Shown: in pieces, positions 43,751 to 52,376 of the stretch
Numbering within the stretch: the stretch's first letter is position 1
Layout: each line of letters opens with the position of its first letter
DNA from: Candidatus Omnitrophota bacterium
GTDB lineage: Bacteria > Ratteibacteria > UBA8468 > MWAK01
Direction of reading: 5' to 3'
NCBI GenBank assembly: GCA_043797665.1
Contig: JAZDPL010000038.1
Location: forward strand, 26,940-90,939
DNA: 64,000 nucleotides
Program-made: the position numbers and the translations under genes
Notes under the pieces: generated by a model
The model's database searches: none
What the model saw: the letters and a program-made list of their open reading frames with translations, nothing else
Told to the model about the DNA's origin: nothing

Positions 43751-45427
43751 TTACGCTTCTTTTTTGATACTCATCACCTCACCCCCAAAAATGTTTAATA
43801 TCCTCTTTACCATTCCCTCTTCATCCGGCGTAAGGGAAACAGGAACGGAAGATATTCCTTCCGGAGGTTCCTCGCTGGTTATTTTTGGGGCGGCAACCTC
43901 TTTCTTGACTACCTTCGCCTCTTTTTCAACCGAGGCTGCGAACCGTACCGGATAACCAAACTTCTTCTGCCAGATAGCAACCAAAGGCTGCTGGTTCCGG
44001 TCTAACAAATCCTGGTCGAACTGGCGCCGAAATTCAAGATGGAGTGTTTTTACGAAGGGACCGCTCTCAACACTCTTAAGATGTCCAGCCCGGAGCACGG
44101 GCAGAAGAAACGGATTTTCCTTACCAACCTCAGATAGAAAACCGGTCCAGGCTTCTTCAACCGGAACCTCTTCCGGTTTAGATTTCTCTTCAGGGCTTTG
44201 AGATTCAGGCCCTTTTGTCAAGTCCCCCCCACCTACACCTCCCCCACTTGGGGGGAGGATTTGGGGTACGGGTGATATAAATTCCGGTAGGTTCAAAACA
44301 GATTTCGGCTGTCCTTCTTTTAAGTTTAAAGATTTACCGAAAGCATCCGCCAATTTCAACAGGGAAACTTCTAATCTGGTCCGTAAGAGGTCCTCGTACT
44401 TTAACTTCTCCCGTTCTTCCGCCAGGGATTCCAGGAAACGGATGATTTCCTCCTGACTGAACTGGCCGATTATTTCGGAAAGCCGTTCTGCAACTTCCGG
44501 AGCCACCGTATCGGCAACCAATTCTCCGGCACCGAACTTTATCAGCAGGAGGTAACGGCTGAATTCCAAAAGTCCGGACGCAAACTGGAAGAGTTCGTAA
44601 CCGGCACCGGTTACCTTCGCTACCGTCTCCAAACATCCTTTCCGGTCCCCGGAAAGAAGTACTTCTATTGTTTCCAGGTAAACCCTTTCGGGAACCAGAC
44701 TCAGTAACCGCTCCACATCGGAAGTGGTAATTGTTTCTCCGTATCGGAAAGAAGCCAACTGGTCCAGGACAGAAAGCCCGTCGCGGAAAGAACCGGCTGC
44801 CGCCTGGCTGATACGGATAAGCGCGGCAGGTTCCGCCTTAATCCCCTCTCTTCCCGCAATTTCAGAAAGGTGCCGGCTGAGTTCGTTAACCGGGATAAGA
44901 TGGAAATCATAACGCTGACAACGGGAGATAATCGTGGGCAGTAGTTTATCCGGCCGGGTGGTGGCAAAGATAAACTTGACGTGGGCGGGCGGTTCTTCCA
45001 GCGTTTTCAGGAGGGCATTAAACGCCGGGTCGGTAAGCATGTGTACTTCATCAATCAGGTAGATTTTAAACCGGCTCTTTACTGGTAAAAAACGCGTATT
45101 CTCGTTGATGGAACGTGCTTCATCGATACCCCGGTTGCTGGCACCGTCAATCTCCAGAAGGTCTAAACTGCGGCCATCCAGAATCTCCCGGCAGTTTTCG
45201 CATTCCCCGCAGGGTTCACCGGTGGGTACTCTAACGCAGTTAAGGCTGCGCGCTAAGATACGCGCGGTGGAAGTCTTACCGACCCCGCGCGGACCGGCAA
45301 AGAGATAGGCGTTGGTAATCCTGCCCTCTCCCAGCCCTTTAACCAGGGCGGTGACAATCTCAGCCTGACCCAGCACTTCGGAAAAAGTCTTTGGCCGGTA
45401 CTTCAGAGCCAATACCTGATAACCCAT
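43751..45427 (-). CDS. dnaX: DNA polymerase III subunit gamma/tau
   Basis: Walker A GPRGVGKTS and clamp-loader AAA+ motifs, followed by a low-complexity linker and tau-like C-terminus. Confidence 0.8.
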   Translation of the reverse strand: MGYQVLALKYRPKTFSEVLGQAEIVTALVKGLGEGRITNAYLFAGPRGVGKTSTARILARSLNCVRVPTGEPCGECENCREILDGRSLDLLEIDGASNRGIDEARSINENTRFLPVKSRFKIYLIDEVHMLTDPAFNALLKTLEEPPAHVKFIFATTRPDKLLPTIISRCQRYDFHLIPVNELSRHLSEIAGREGIKAEPAALIRISQAAAGSFRDGLSVLDQLASFRYGETITTSDVERLLSLVPERVYLETIEVLLSGDRKGCLETVAKVTGAGYELFQFASGLLEFSRYLLLIKFGAGELVADTVAPEVAERLSEIIGQFSQEEIIRFLESLAEEREKLKYEDLLRTRLEVSLLKLADAFGKSLNLKEGQPKSVLNLPEFISPVPQILPPSGGGVGGGDLTKGPESQSPEEKSKPEEVPVEEAWTGFLSEVGKENPFLLPVLRAGHLKSVESGPFVKTLHLEFRRQFDQDLLDRNQQPLVAIWQKKFGYPVRFAASVEKEAKVVKKEVAAPKITSEEPPEGISSVPVSLTPDEEGMVKRILNIFGGEVMSIKKEA

Positions 45428-45432
45428 AATTT

Positions 45433-45483
45433 TCTCTTCGAATCCCCTTTAGCCATATCAAGTAGTAGCGGCGTGGGGATTCG
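45433..45483. repeat. 51-bp direct repeat duplicating the 3' end of tRNA-Met plus 33 nt of downstream sequence (second copy at 45561-45611)
   Basis: The string tctcttcgaatcccctttagccatatcaagtagtagcggcgtggggattcg is identical at both loci. The distal copy overlaps tRNA positions 45594-45611. Confidence 0.75.
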
Positions 45484-45593
45484 GCGCCCTCGGCTTTCAC
45501 TACGCCTCAGGTCGGCCATTCGCTAATAACGCTCTTATTCATCGCGTTATCTGACTTCGCTCTCTTCGAATCCCCTTTAGCCATATCAAGTAG

Positions 45594-45666
45594 TAGCGGC
45601 GTGGGGATTCGAACCCCAGACATAGCGGGTATGAGCCGCTTGCTCTACCAGCTGAGCTACACCGCC
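45594..45666 (-). tRNA. tRNA-Met (anticodon CAT)
   Basis: Reverse complement ggcggtgtagctcagctggtagagcaagcggctcataCCCGCtatgtctggggttcgaatccccacgccgcta. It folds as a cloverleaf with a D-arm, a CTCATAC anticodon loop and a TTCGAAT T-loop; G1.U72 and U6.G67 are wobble pairs. CCA is not encoded. Confidence 0.7.
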
Positions 45667-45791
45667 GTATCCAGATATTATAACCAAAAAGGAGGAAAAA
45701 CACAAACGGAATACAAATGAAGAGTAGGGGTTTGATTTGATAATTTTTTCGCTTTTAAGGTATATTAAATATCTCTTTTCTGAAAACATAT

Positions 45792-47033
45792 ATGCGCCCA
45801 AAAAGATACTGGATATATTTATTCCCCGGTTTGGTTGATTTCTCGCTGGCTTCTTTTTCCTTCTTTGTCGCGGTCAAAGCGACCCAGTTAGGCGTTTCCC
45901 CGATTACCATAGGAGGAATCGGTTCCGTCTGGGGAACAACCTACTTCGCCTCAAGTCTTATCTTGTCAAAATTGGCGAAGAAGGAGAACGTGTATCGTCT
46001 GATGATGACAGGTTGTCTCTTGTTTATATTGCTCACCATAGGTTTTGCCCTTTTCAATTCCCTACCATTCCTTTTTATTCTTACGGCCCTGACCGGAATA
46101 ACCACCGCTCTCTTCTTTATCGGTTTCCAGGTATTCATGGGCGAACAAAACAATATGCCGCTCCATAAAGGAATCGCTTTCTATACCCTTGCCTGGAGTT
46201 CCGGCATAGCTTTCGGTTCCCTGGTCCAGGGAATCCTGCTCTCCTGGGGGCCTTTTATTTCTCTCCTGCCGGTATTCCTCAGTTTTATCGCAGTTATCTT
46301 CGGTTTGAAGTTGATAAAAAGGGGGACTGACAAATCAACAGATTTCCCAAATGTAGGGGGCGGATTTATCCGACCCGCGGGCTTGATGAATCAAGCCCCT
46401 ACAGTTCGGATTAATAGGGGTATAAAAGATATAAATTCCTGCGGGTTCCAGGAAGACCCGGTAAACGACCGCATTAAAACGGCCTACGTCTATGTAGGAT
46501 GGATGAGTATCTTTACGGCTACCGCGATCAGAATGGGGATAGGTTTTCTGCTCCCCAACCTGACGATGACCCTTTTTGGATTTTCTTCGGCTCTGGCTGG
46601 CCTGGCAATATTTATCAGTCTGATGGCCCAGGCTCTGGCCGGCTTTTCAATGATGAAACTTCCCGCCTGGCGCTACCGGCTTGCACCTCTTTTCTGGACG
46701 AAATTGATTGTGGTTATCGGATGTTTCCTCGCGGCCGCCTTCCCGGCAAAAATTACCATCTTCACCCTGACTATTCTGGTGGGTATCTATTCCGGACACG
46801 CCTACTACAACGGCGTATTTTATGCCCTTAACCAGCGGGACAAAAGCGGCCGGAACGTCGGTATAAACGAAGCCCTGGTGGGTGTCGCCAGCATTGTGGG
46901 ACCGCTTACCTTTGGAATCTGTCTCCAGGCAGGGGTACCCTGGTTTATGATGGCGCCGGCGATATTTGTCCTCATCACCTTTGTGGCTCAAGCAATACTC
47001 TTGAAACTGCGGTTATCGGGCTCAATAAATTGA
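45792..47033 (+). CDS. MFS-type transporter carrying an in-frame family-A repeat insertion
   Basis: 12-TM topology over 413 aa. The segment 46331-46402 encodes ...FPNVGGGFIRPAGLMNQAPTV... from the repeat element. Confidence 0.55.
   Translation: MRPKRYWIYLFPGLVDFSLASFSFFVAVKATQLGVSPITIGGIGSVWGTTYFASSLILSKLAKKENVYRLMMTGCLLFILLTIGFALFNSLPFLFILTALTGITTALFFIGFQVFMGEQNNMPLHKGIAFYTLAWSSGIAFGSLVQGILLSWGPFISLLPVFLSFIAVIFGLKLIKRGTDKSTDFPNVGGGFIRPAGLMNQAPTVRINRGIKDINSCGFQEDPVNDRIKTAYVYVGWMSIFTATAIRMGIGFLLPNLTMTLFGFSSALAGLAIFISLMAQALAGFSMMKLPAWRYRLAPLFWTKLIVVIGCFLAAAFPAKITIFTLTILVGIYSGHAYYNGVFYALNQRDKSGRNVGINEALVGVASIVGPLTFGICLQAGVPWFMMAPAIFVLITFVAQAILLKLRLSGSIN
46331..46402. repeat. Family-A palindromic repeat element, copy 5 (inside coding sequence)
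   Basis: Sequence caaatcaacagatttcccaaatgtagggggcggatttatccgacccgcgggcttgatgaatcaagcccctac. The upstream 22 nt are shared with copy 6. Confidence 0.7.
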
Positions 47034-47051
47034 GCCCCTACATTTTCCAAA

Positions 47052-48467
47052 ATGGAAACGGGGAAAATATTAGCGGTTTTGCAGAAGTATAACCAGAAAC
47101 AGATTCTGGAGCATTACCGTCGGATTACCCCCGGGAAAAAGAAAGCCTTGATCAAAGATATCAGCGGGCTGGACTTGGAATTAACTTTCCGGGTTCATCG
47201 GGAATTCAGCCGGCAGAAAGATTCCGTCAGGACGCATCATGATATCAAGACTGCGTCCATCATCAGAATCCCGCAAACCAGAAGGGAAAAGGAGTTACAG
47301 GAAGAGGCACGGAATTTAGGTGAAAATCTGCTGAGAAAAAATAAAGTGGCGGTTCTGATTGTGGCCGGCGGACAGGGGTCAAGATTAGGTTATGACGGGC
47401 CGAAAGGTCTCTTCCCGATTTCGCCGGTGAAACAGAAACCTCTCTTCCGGATGTTTGCGGAAAAGGTAAAGGCTCTGGCTAACCGGTACCGGGCAGAAAT
47501 TCCTTTGTTAATTATGACCAACAGGGAAAATCGCCGGACAATTGAAATCTTCTTTAAAGAACACCGCTTCTTTAGACTTAATCCGGAAGACCTTTATTTT
47601 TTTGAACAGGAGATGCTGCCCAGCGTTACCCCGGAAGGAAATTTGATTCTTAAAGATGAAACCCATCTCTTCGTAAATCCCAATGGTCACGGCGGCTCTT
47701 TGAAAGCCCTCTTCCGGTCAGGTATCCTCAAAACGCTTCTGGAAAGAAACGTCTCTGAACTCTTTTACTGCCAGGTAGACAATCCGCTGGTAAGGGTGGC
47801 CGACCCGGTCTTTTTGGGTTACCATAATATGGGAAATGCGGAGATGTCCCTTAAGGTACTGCGTCGCCGGGATGGTTTCGAGAAGGTCGGCATCTACGGA
47901 ACGGTAAACGGAAAACCCTCAGTCGTCGAATACAGCGACCTTCCCCCGGAAGAAATGTCTGCCGTGGACGAAGAAGGTAGACTGAAGTACTGGCCGGGAA
48001 GCATTGCCATCCACATCTTCTCTCTTACTTTTATCCGGCGGCTGAACGAAAAAGGGTTCGCCTTACCGTATCACCGGGCCGTTAAGCCACTCCTTCCCAC
48101 CTACGCCTCCTCCACAAGGGAGGAGGAAAATGGTGGGGGTGATAACCAACGATGTCCAGTAACTGCCTGGAAGTTTGAAACCTTTGTTTTTGATGCGCTA
48201 CCCCTGGCGCAGAGAGTCTGTTGCGTGGAGACAATAAGGGAAGAGGAGTTTGCACCGGTAAAAAATCGGACCGGAGAGGATTCGCCGGAAACGACCAGAA
48301 GAGCACTGAGTAATCAGTATAAAAAATGGTTGCGGGCAGCCGGCGTAGAAACGGCACCGGAAGTCCTTGTGGAAATCAGCCCGCTCTATGCGCTTGACCA
48401 GGAAGAACTGGTTAGAAAAGTCCGCCGAAAAAATCTGCGCATATCTCAGGATACTTATCTGGGTTAA
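47052..48467 (+). CDS. UDP-sugar pyrophosphorylase, eukaryotic-type UDPGP family (UTP--glucose-1-phosphate/UDP-GlcNAc pyrophosphorylase-like)
   Basis: Sequence VAVLIVAGGQGSRLGYDGPKGLFPI matches the UDPGP (UAP/UGP/USP) nucleotide-binding loop. 471 aa. Confidence 0.6.
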   Translation: METGKILAVLQKYNQKQILEHYRRITPGKKKALIKDISGLDLELTFRVHREFSRQKDSVRTHHDIKTASIIRIPQTRREKELQEEARNLGENLLRKNKVAVLIVAGGQGSRLGYDGPKGLFPISPVKQKPLFRMFAEKVKALANRYRAEIPLLIMTNRENRRTIEIFFKEHRFFRLNPEDLYFFEQEMLPSVTPEGNLILKDETHLFVNPNGHGGSLKALFRSGILKTLLERNVSELFYCQVDNPLVRVADPVFLGYHNMGNAEMSLKVLRRRDGFEKVGIYGTVNGKPSVVEYSDLPPEEMSAVDEEGRLKYWPGSIAIHIFSLTFIRRLNEKGFALPYHRAVKPLLPTYASSTREEENGGGDNQRCPVTAWKFETFVFDALPLAQRVCCVETIREEEFAPVKNRTGEDSPETTRRALSNQYKKWLRAAGVETAPEVLVEISPLYALDQEELVRKVRRKNLRISQDTYLG

Positions 48468-48686
48468 TGTAATATATTAGCGTCAGAAAGAGCGTCGGTA
48501 AATCTTTGCCAACAAGTTTGCGGAGGCAGAAGGACAGTGATTTTTGTCTGCCGGAAGAGGGAAACCAAGTGTTTATCTTGGAGGGATTCCCCTGATGACA
48601 AACCCTTACCACTGTTTCTGCCGTAGCTACTGTCCGAAGTTGGAGAAGACTTACCGGCGCTAATACGATACGGGTTAATCAAAGTG

Positions 48687-50705
48687 CTATTTGGCTTTCA
48701 GCGAATGCATGGAAAATGCCTTGAGAGAAAAGGTGCAATAAACTTCGGTCTCATCCTGGTCCTCATAGACCCCAAAGCGGACTTCCCAGCAGTGCAGGTC
48801 CCGCCAGATGCTTATTTCCCTTCCCTCAAAACGGTCATCCTCTAAGTTGTACGTGGCGTACGCGTCCACCTTCCACCTGTTGCCTACCGGAAAGGAAATG
48901 GAGGGAACGATTGTCTCCGTATCATCCTGCTGATAATTATGCTGGAGACCACAACTGACGCGGTCGTTGTGCCAGGTACAGGAAGTAGACGAAGTATTCC
49001 AAACGCCCCGGTCTAAGTCAACCTCACTTTCGTTCCGGAAGGTAAGTCTACCCTGCGGGCCTAAAACGAAGAGGCTATGTAGGTCCCCGAATTTACCATC
49101 TTTCACGGAATAGTCAGCCTTAAGGTCAGATCTCATCTTCTCGGAACTCTTCCCATCCTTGTTGTAATTGAGCCGGTTAAGTAACTGAAAGGAAAGGATA
49201 TTATCGGACTGAATCTCGTCGACCTCATCATAAGAGAAGAATTCGTCCGGGCCTTTGTCTGCCCACTGATTCAAAAAAGTAATCCGGGGTTCCAGATAAT
49301 GGGTCAGGACGGCACCGTCGGCCCGGTTGAAACTACGGCAAAACTTCCAGTCCAGGTTAAATCCCGCCTGGGAAAAAACCCGGCCTTCTTCGTCTCCTTC
49401 TACGTCCTGGGAATAGTAGGTGAAGCCACCGGTTAAAAATGGCCTCCATATCCCACCGGCAAAGGGATAGAAGTCAGAAATACTCTGCGTATAATGTGCC
49501 CGCTGCGTCTCCTCCCTTTCCGCGGAAAATTCCTTGGAAAGATTACTCAACAACAGGTCTTCTTTCCAGTAGAAACCGCCGAATTTGCGGAAAGGTGAAG
49601 CGAAGGATAATTCCGGCAAATGCCGCGTAAGATTGTGTTCATCATCCAATTCCGCATTGGTAAAGAAACTTAAGGCATAGTCTTCCCGGTTCGCGGAATA
49701 GTAAAGAAAACTGTCCCGCTCAACGTCTTTCACGCTTTCCCGCCAGAAGTAATCTTCCAGGAAATCTTCGTCGGAAAACTTATGTAATTCCAGCAAAAAA
49801 TCATCTTCTCCTTTTTCCCTCAAAAATTCACTCCGGTGCCAGGCTTCAATCCGATAGCGGTCTTCATCTACGTCCTGGTCGCGAATGAAATAAGTCTTCA
49901 CCCGGGTTGGTCCCGATTCTCCGCTCTCCAGGCCGGGAGCAAAACCGATTCCCCTATCACCCCGCAGGTCAAAATCGCAGTAGTAACTGGATTCCGGGGT
50001 TGAGTAGAAAGTAACGGTTACCACCTGAGCACCGTCACGGGAACTCAACGTTGGAGCAATATTTAAACCAAAAGGTCTTTTCTCTTTACCGATACTTTGA
50101 AAATAACTGGGGAGATAAAAAACAGGTAACCAACCCACGCGGAATGTCGCTGACTCTATCTTTATTCCGCTATCCTTTTTAAGAGAGGCATTTTTAAAAG
50201 CAATCCGATAGTGCGGCGGGACAATCTCACAGGTAGAGAGATAACCGTTGTAAAGCAAAACTTCTTGGCCGCCGGATATTTCTATCCGCTCAACCCTCCC
50301 AAACCAGAGAGGACTGGAAAAATCCGCGGGTCCGGTAAAACCGTTGCCGGTATTAAAGTTATAGGAAAGTTCATCGGTTTCAATCTCGCCGAAAGGTAAA
50401 AAAAACCGTACCTTTCCCTGCAACCATGCCTCTTTGCTCCCGGGAAAATACCGGACATAATCAGCCTTTACCATCCGGTCACCGGACTCAATACAAACGT
50501 TTCCTTTTAGAATAATCTCCCCCTCCCTTGATGGGAGGGAACCCGACTCTAAAACAGCCTCAACCGTATCCGCCTGCCAGAGAACCTGGGAAGAAGCAAA
50601 AAGAGGGGTGAAAGAAAAAAAAGCGAAAAAGAGAAAGTAAGTTATTAGCCTCAAATAGTTGTACAAATGGTAAAATGAGCCCAAAGACTTTTCGGCGCTA
50701 TACAA
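48687..50705 (-). CDS. lptD: LPS-assembly outer-membrane protein LptD-like
   Basis: Signal peptide, an OstA-like N-terminal beta-jellyroll (ILKGNVCIESGDRMVKADYVRY), then a long beta-barrel-type region rich in alternating aromatic residues. Confidence 0.5.
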   Translation of the reverse strand: MYSAEKSLGSFYHLYNYLRLITYFLFFAFFSFTPLFASSQVLWQADTVEAVLESGSLPSREGEIILKGNVCIESGDRMVKADYVRYFPGSKEAWLQGKVRFFLPFGEIETDELSYNFNTGNGFTGPADFSSPLWFGRVERIEISGGQEVLLYNGYLSTCEIVPPHYRIAFKNASLKKDSGIKIESATFRVGWLPVFYLPSYFQSIGKEKRPFGLNIAPTLSSRDGAQVVTVTFYSTPESSYYCDFDLRGDRGIGFAPGLESGESGPTRVKTYFIRDQDVDEDRYRIEAWHRSEFLREKGEDDFLLELHKFSDEDFLEDYFWRESVKDVERDSFLYYSANREDYALSFFTNAELDDEHNLTRHLPELSFASPFRKFGGFYWKEDLLLSNLSKEFSAEREETQRAHYTQSISDFYPFAGGIWRPFLTGGFTYYSQDVEGDEEGRVFSQAGFNLDWKFCRSFNRADGAVLTHYLEPRITFLNQWADKGPDEFFSYDEVDEIQSDNILSFQLLNRLNYNKDGKSSEKMRSDLKADYSVKDGKFGDLHSLFVLGPQGRLTFRNESEVDLDRGVWNTSSTSCTWHNDRVSCGLQHNYQQDDTETIVPSISFPVGNRWKVDAYATYNLEDDRFEGREISIWRDLHCWEVRFGVYEDQDETEVYCTFSLKAFSMHSLKAK

Positions 50706-50709
50706 AACC

Positions 50710-51666
50710 TTATTTTTGAGCGAGACCGGCGAACTGAAGTGTCTCGTCTAAAGAACGGATACCGGAGGTAGCACCCATCTTACACACCGCCAGGGCACCA
50801 ACCGCGTTTGCCAATTGAACCACCCGTTGGAGAGACCATCCGAAAAGATACCCGGCTAAAAATCCAGCCACAAAAGCATCGCCGGCACCGGTGGTATCCT
50901 TTACTTCCACCGGATAAACCGTTACCAGACCTTCTTCACCCGCAGCAGACTTAAAATAGGAACCCGCGGAACCCATCTTCAACGCTACCACCTTAACACC
51001 CGCTTTAAGGAAGAAGTCCGCAATAGCTTCAGGTTTATCCAGACCGGAAAGCATCTTCGCTTCTTCCAGACTGGGTAAAAAAAGGTCGGTAAAGGGTAAA
51101 ATAGGACCAACCGCCTTTAACCACCGTCCGGTAGAATCCCAGGCAGTATCCAAAGAAGTTACCAGACCCGATTCCCTGGCCTGCCGCAGAATCATCGCGG
51201 CCGGTTCTCCGTCTAACTTCGGGGTAAGAAGAATCCCGGCTAAATGGATTATCCGATAATCTTTAAAAATCTTAGTCTCAAAATCCCCGGCACAGAAGTT
51301 CTGGTTGGCACCCAGGAAATGGAGAAACGAACGTTCGCCGGCAGGAGAAACCATTACCGCGGTGGCTGAAGTACGTTCTCCGGCAGACATCCGCAAGCCG
51401 GCGGTAGAAACCCCCTCAGAATCCAATCGCTCTTTCAAAAATTTGCCGAACCCGTCTTCACCCACCCGGCCCACGACACCAGCCCTGATTCCCAGACGGG
51501 CAAGTCCGATGGCGGTATTAACCGCACAACCGCCGTTATGCAGTTCAATCTCGTCGACCAGCAACAATTTGCCCTCTTCCGGCAAAGAACGGACCGGCCG
51601 TACAACCACATCGGCTACCGCAATCCCGGCACATAGTACACCCTTAGGGGCTGTCCCCTTATCCAT
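50710..51666 (-). CDS. PfkB-family carbohydrate kinase
   Basis: Ribokinase-like fold with the C-terminal GAGDAFVAGFL anion-hole motif. Confidence 0.6.
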   Translation of the reverse strand: MDKGTAPKGVLCAGIAVADVVVRPVRSLPEEGKLLLVDEIELHNGGCAVNTAIGLARLGIRAGVVGRVGEDGFGKFLKERLDSEGVSTAGLRMSAGERTSATAVMVSPAGERSFLHFLGANQNFCAGDFETKIFKDYRIIHLAGILLTPKLDGEPAAMILRQARESGLVTSLDTAWDSTGRWLKAVGPILPFTDLFLPSLEEAKMLSGLDKPEAIADFFLKAGVKVVALKMGSAGSYFKSAAGEEGLVTVYPVEVKDTTGAGDAFVAGFLAGYLFGWSLQRVVQLANAVGALAVCKMGATSGIRSLDETLQFAGLAQK

Positions 51667-51712
51667 AAATTTGTTGTATTATCTTACCAAATAAGTGATG
51701 AATAGGTCAAAT

Positions 51713-51742
51713 TTGACGAAAAGAGAGAAATTGTAATATAAT
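51713..51742 (+). promoter_or_regulatory. Near-consensus sigma70 promoter (TTGACG-18-TATAAT) upstream of the lysine-rich protein gene
   Basis: TTGACG at 51713-51718 and TATAAT at 51737-51742 with an 18-nt spacer, ~70 nt upstream of ATG 51811. Confidence 0.4.
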
Positions 51743-51810
51743 AGTGTGTTACGAATATTCCGTCTCCTAATCTACGTGTATGCCGGCTACTGCAAAAATA
51801 AGGGGTACTT

Positions 51811-52170
51811 ATGGCTAAAAAAGAGCGAGATCTGAAAAAGAAGGGTTTAACAAAGAAAACAGCCGTGAAAAGTGTCCCAAAGAAGAAAAAGACGGAAAAG
51901 AAAAAGATTACACCGAAGAAAAAGCCCGAGATGAAAGAGAAGAAAGAGGTAAAAAAGGTAACGGGAAAAGAAAAAAAGACCAAAGAAAAAATAGTCAAAA
52001 AGGGCCAAAAAGTAGCCGTTCCCGTTGTAAAACCTAAGCCCTTACCTGAGCTCCAGGAACCTTACGTCAATCTTCGCTGCCGCCACTGTTCGTTAGTGGA
52101 TGGTTACGCTAAAACCGAAAAGGCCTGTCGCCATTGCGGAGCAGAAATTTTTGAGATAGACATCATCTAA
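51811..52170 (+). CDS. Lysine-rich histone H1/Hc1-like protein with C-terminal Cys4 zinc ribbon
   Basis: The N-terminal 90 aa are ~45% Lys (KKKGLTKKTAVKSVPKKKKTEKKKITPKKKPE...). C-terminal CRHCS...(13 aa)...CRHCG. The antisense ORF is poly-Phe and rejected. Confidence 0.45.
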   Translation: MAKKERDLKKKGLTKKTAVKSVPKKKKTEKKKITPKKKPEMKEKKEVKKVTGKEKKTKEKIVKKGQKVAVPVVKPKPLPELQEPYVNLRCRHCSLVDGYAKTEKACRHCGAEIFEIDII

Positions 52171-52185
52171 GGGGGTGAATAATCC

Positions 52186-52365
52186 TTGACCGAAGAGATA
52201 AAAAAAAGACACAGACCCATCGATTCCTTTGAAAAAATGTTCAAGCGGTTTAAACGCGAAGTAGAAAGGGAAAAAATTTTACAGGAGATTAAAAGCCGGG
52301 AATTTTACGAAAAGCCGAGCCGCCAGCGACGTTTAAAAAAGATGCGCAAAGCGTATTCCAGGTAA
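52186..52365 (+). CDS. rpsU: 30S ribosomal protein S21
   Basis: TTG start 8 nt after the GGGGGTG RBS. The translation LTEEIKKRHRPIDSFEKMFKRFKREVEREKILQEIKSREFYEKPSRQRRLKKMRKAYSR matches the S21 family. Not in the ATG-based ORF track. Confidence 0.65.
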   Translation: MTEEIKKRHRPIDSFEKMFKRFKREVEREKILQEIKSREFYEKPSRQRRLKKMRKAYSR

Positions 52366-52376
52366 AAGGGTATTGG

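Noticed and set aside
45722-45745. Partial family-A repeat (agtaggggtttgatttgataa) upstream of the MFS gene as a full element
   Set aside because: Only the first half-site is present and the second hairpin and terminal CCCCTAC are missing. It is recorded as a degenerate fragment, not annotated as a feature.
51684-51998. 104-aa poly-Phe ORF on the minus strand
   Set aside because: It is the antisense of the A/G-rich lysine-codon run of the 51811 gene. The plus-strand gene has a near-consensus promoter, sensible start context and a zinc ribbon. Poly-Phe is implausible.
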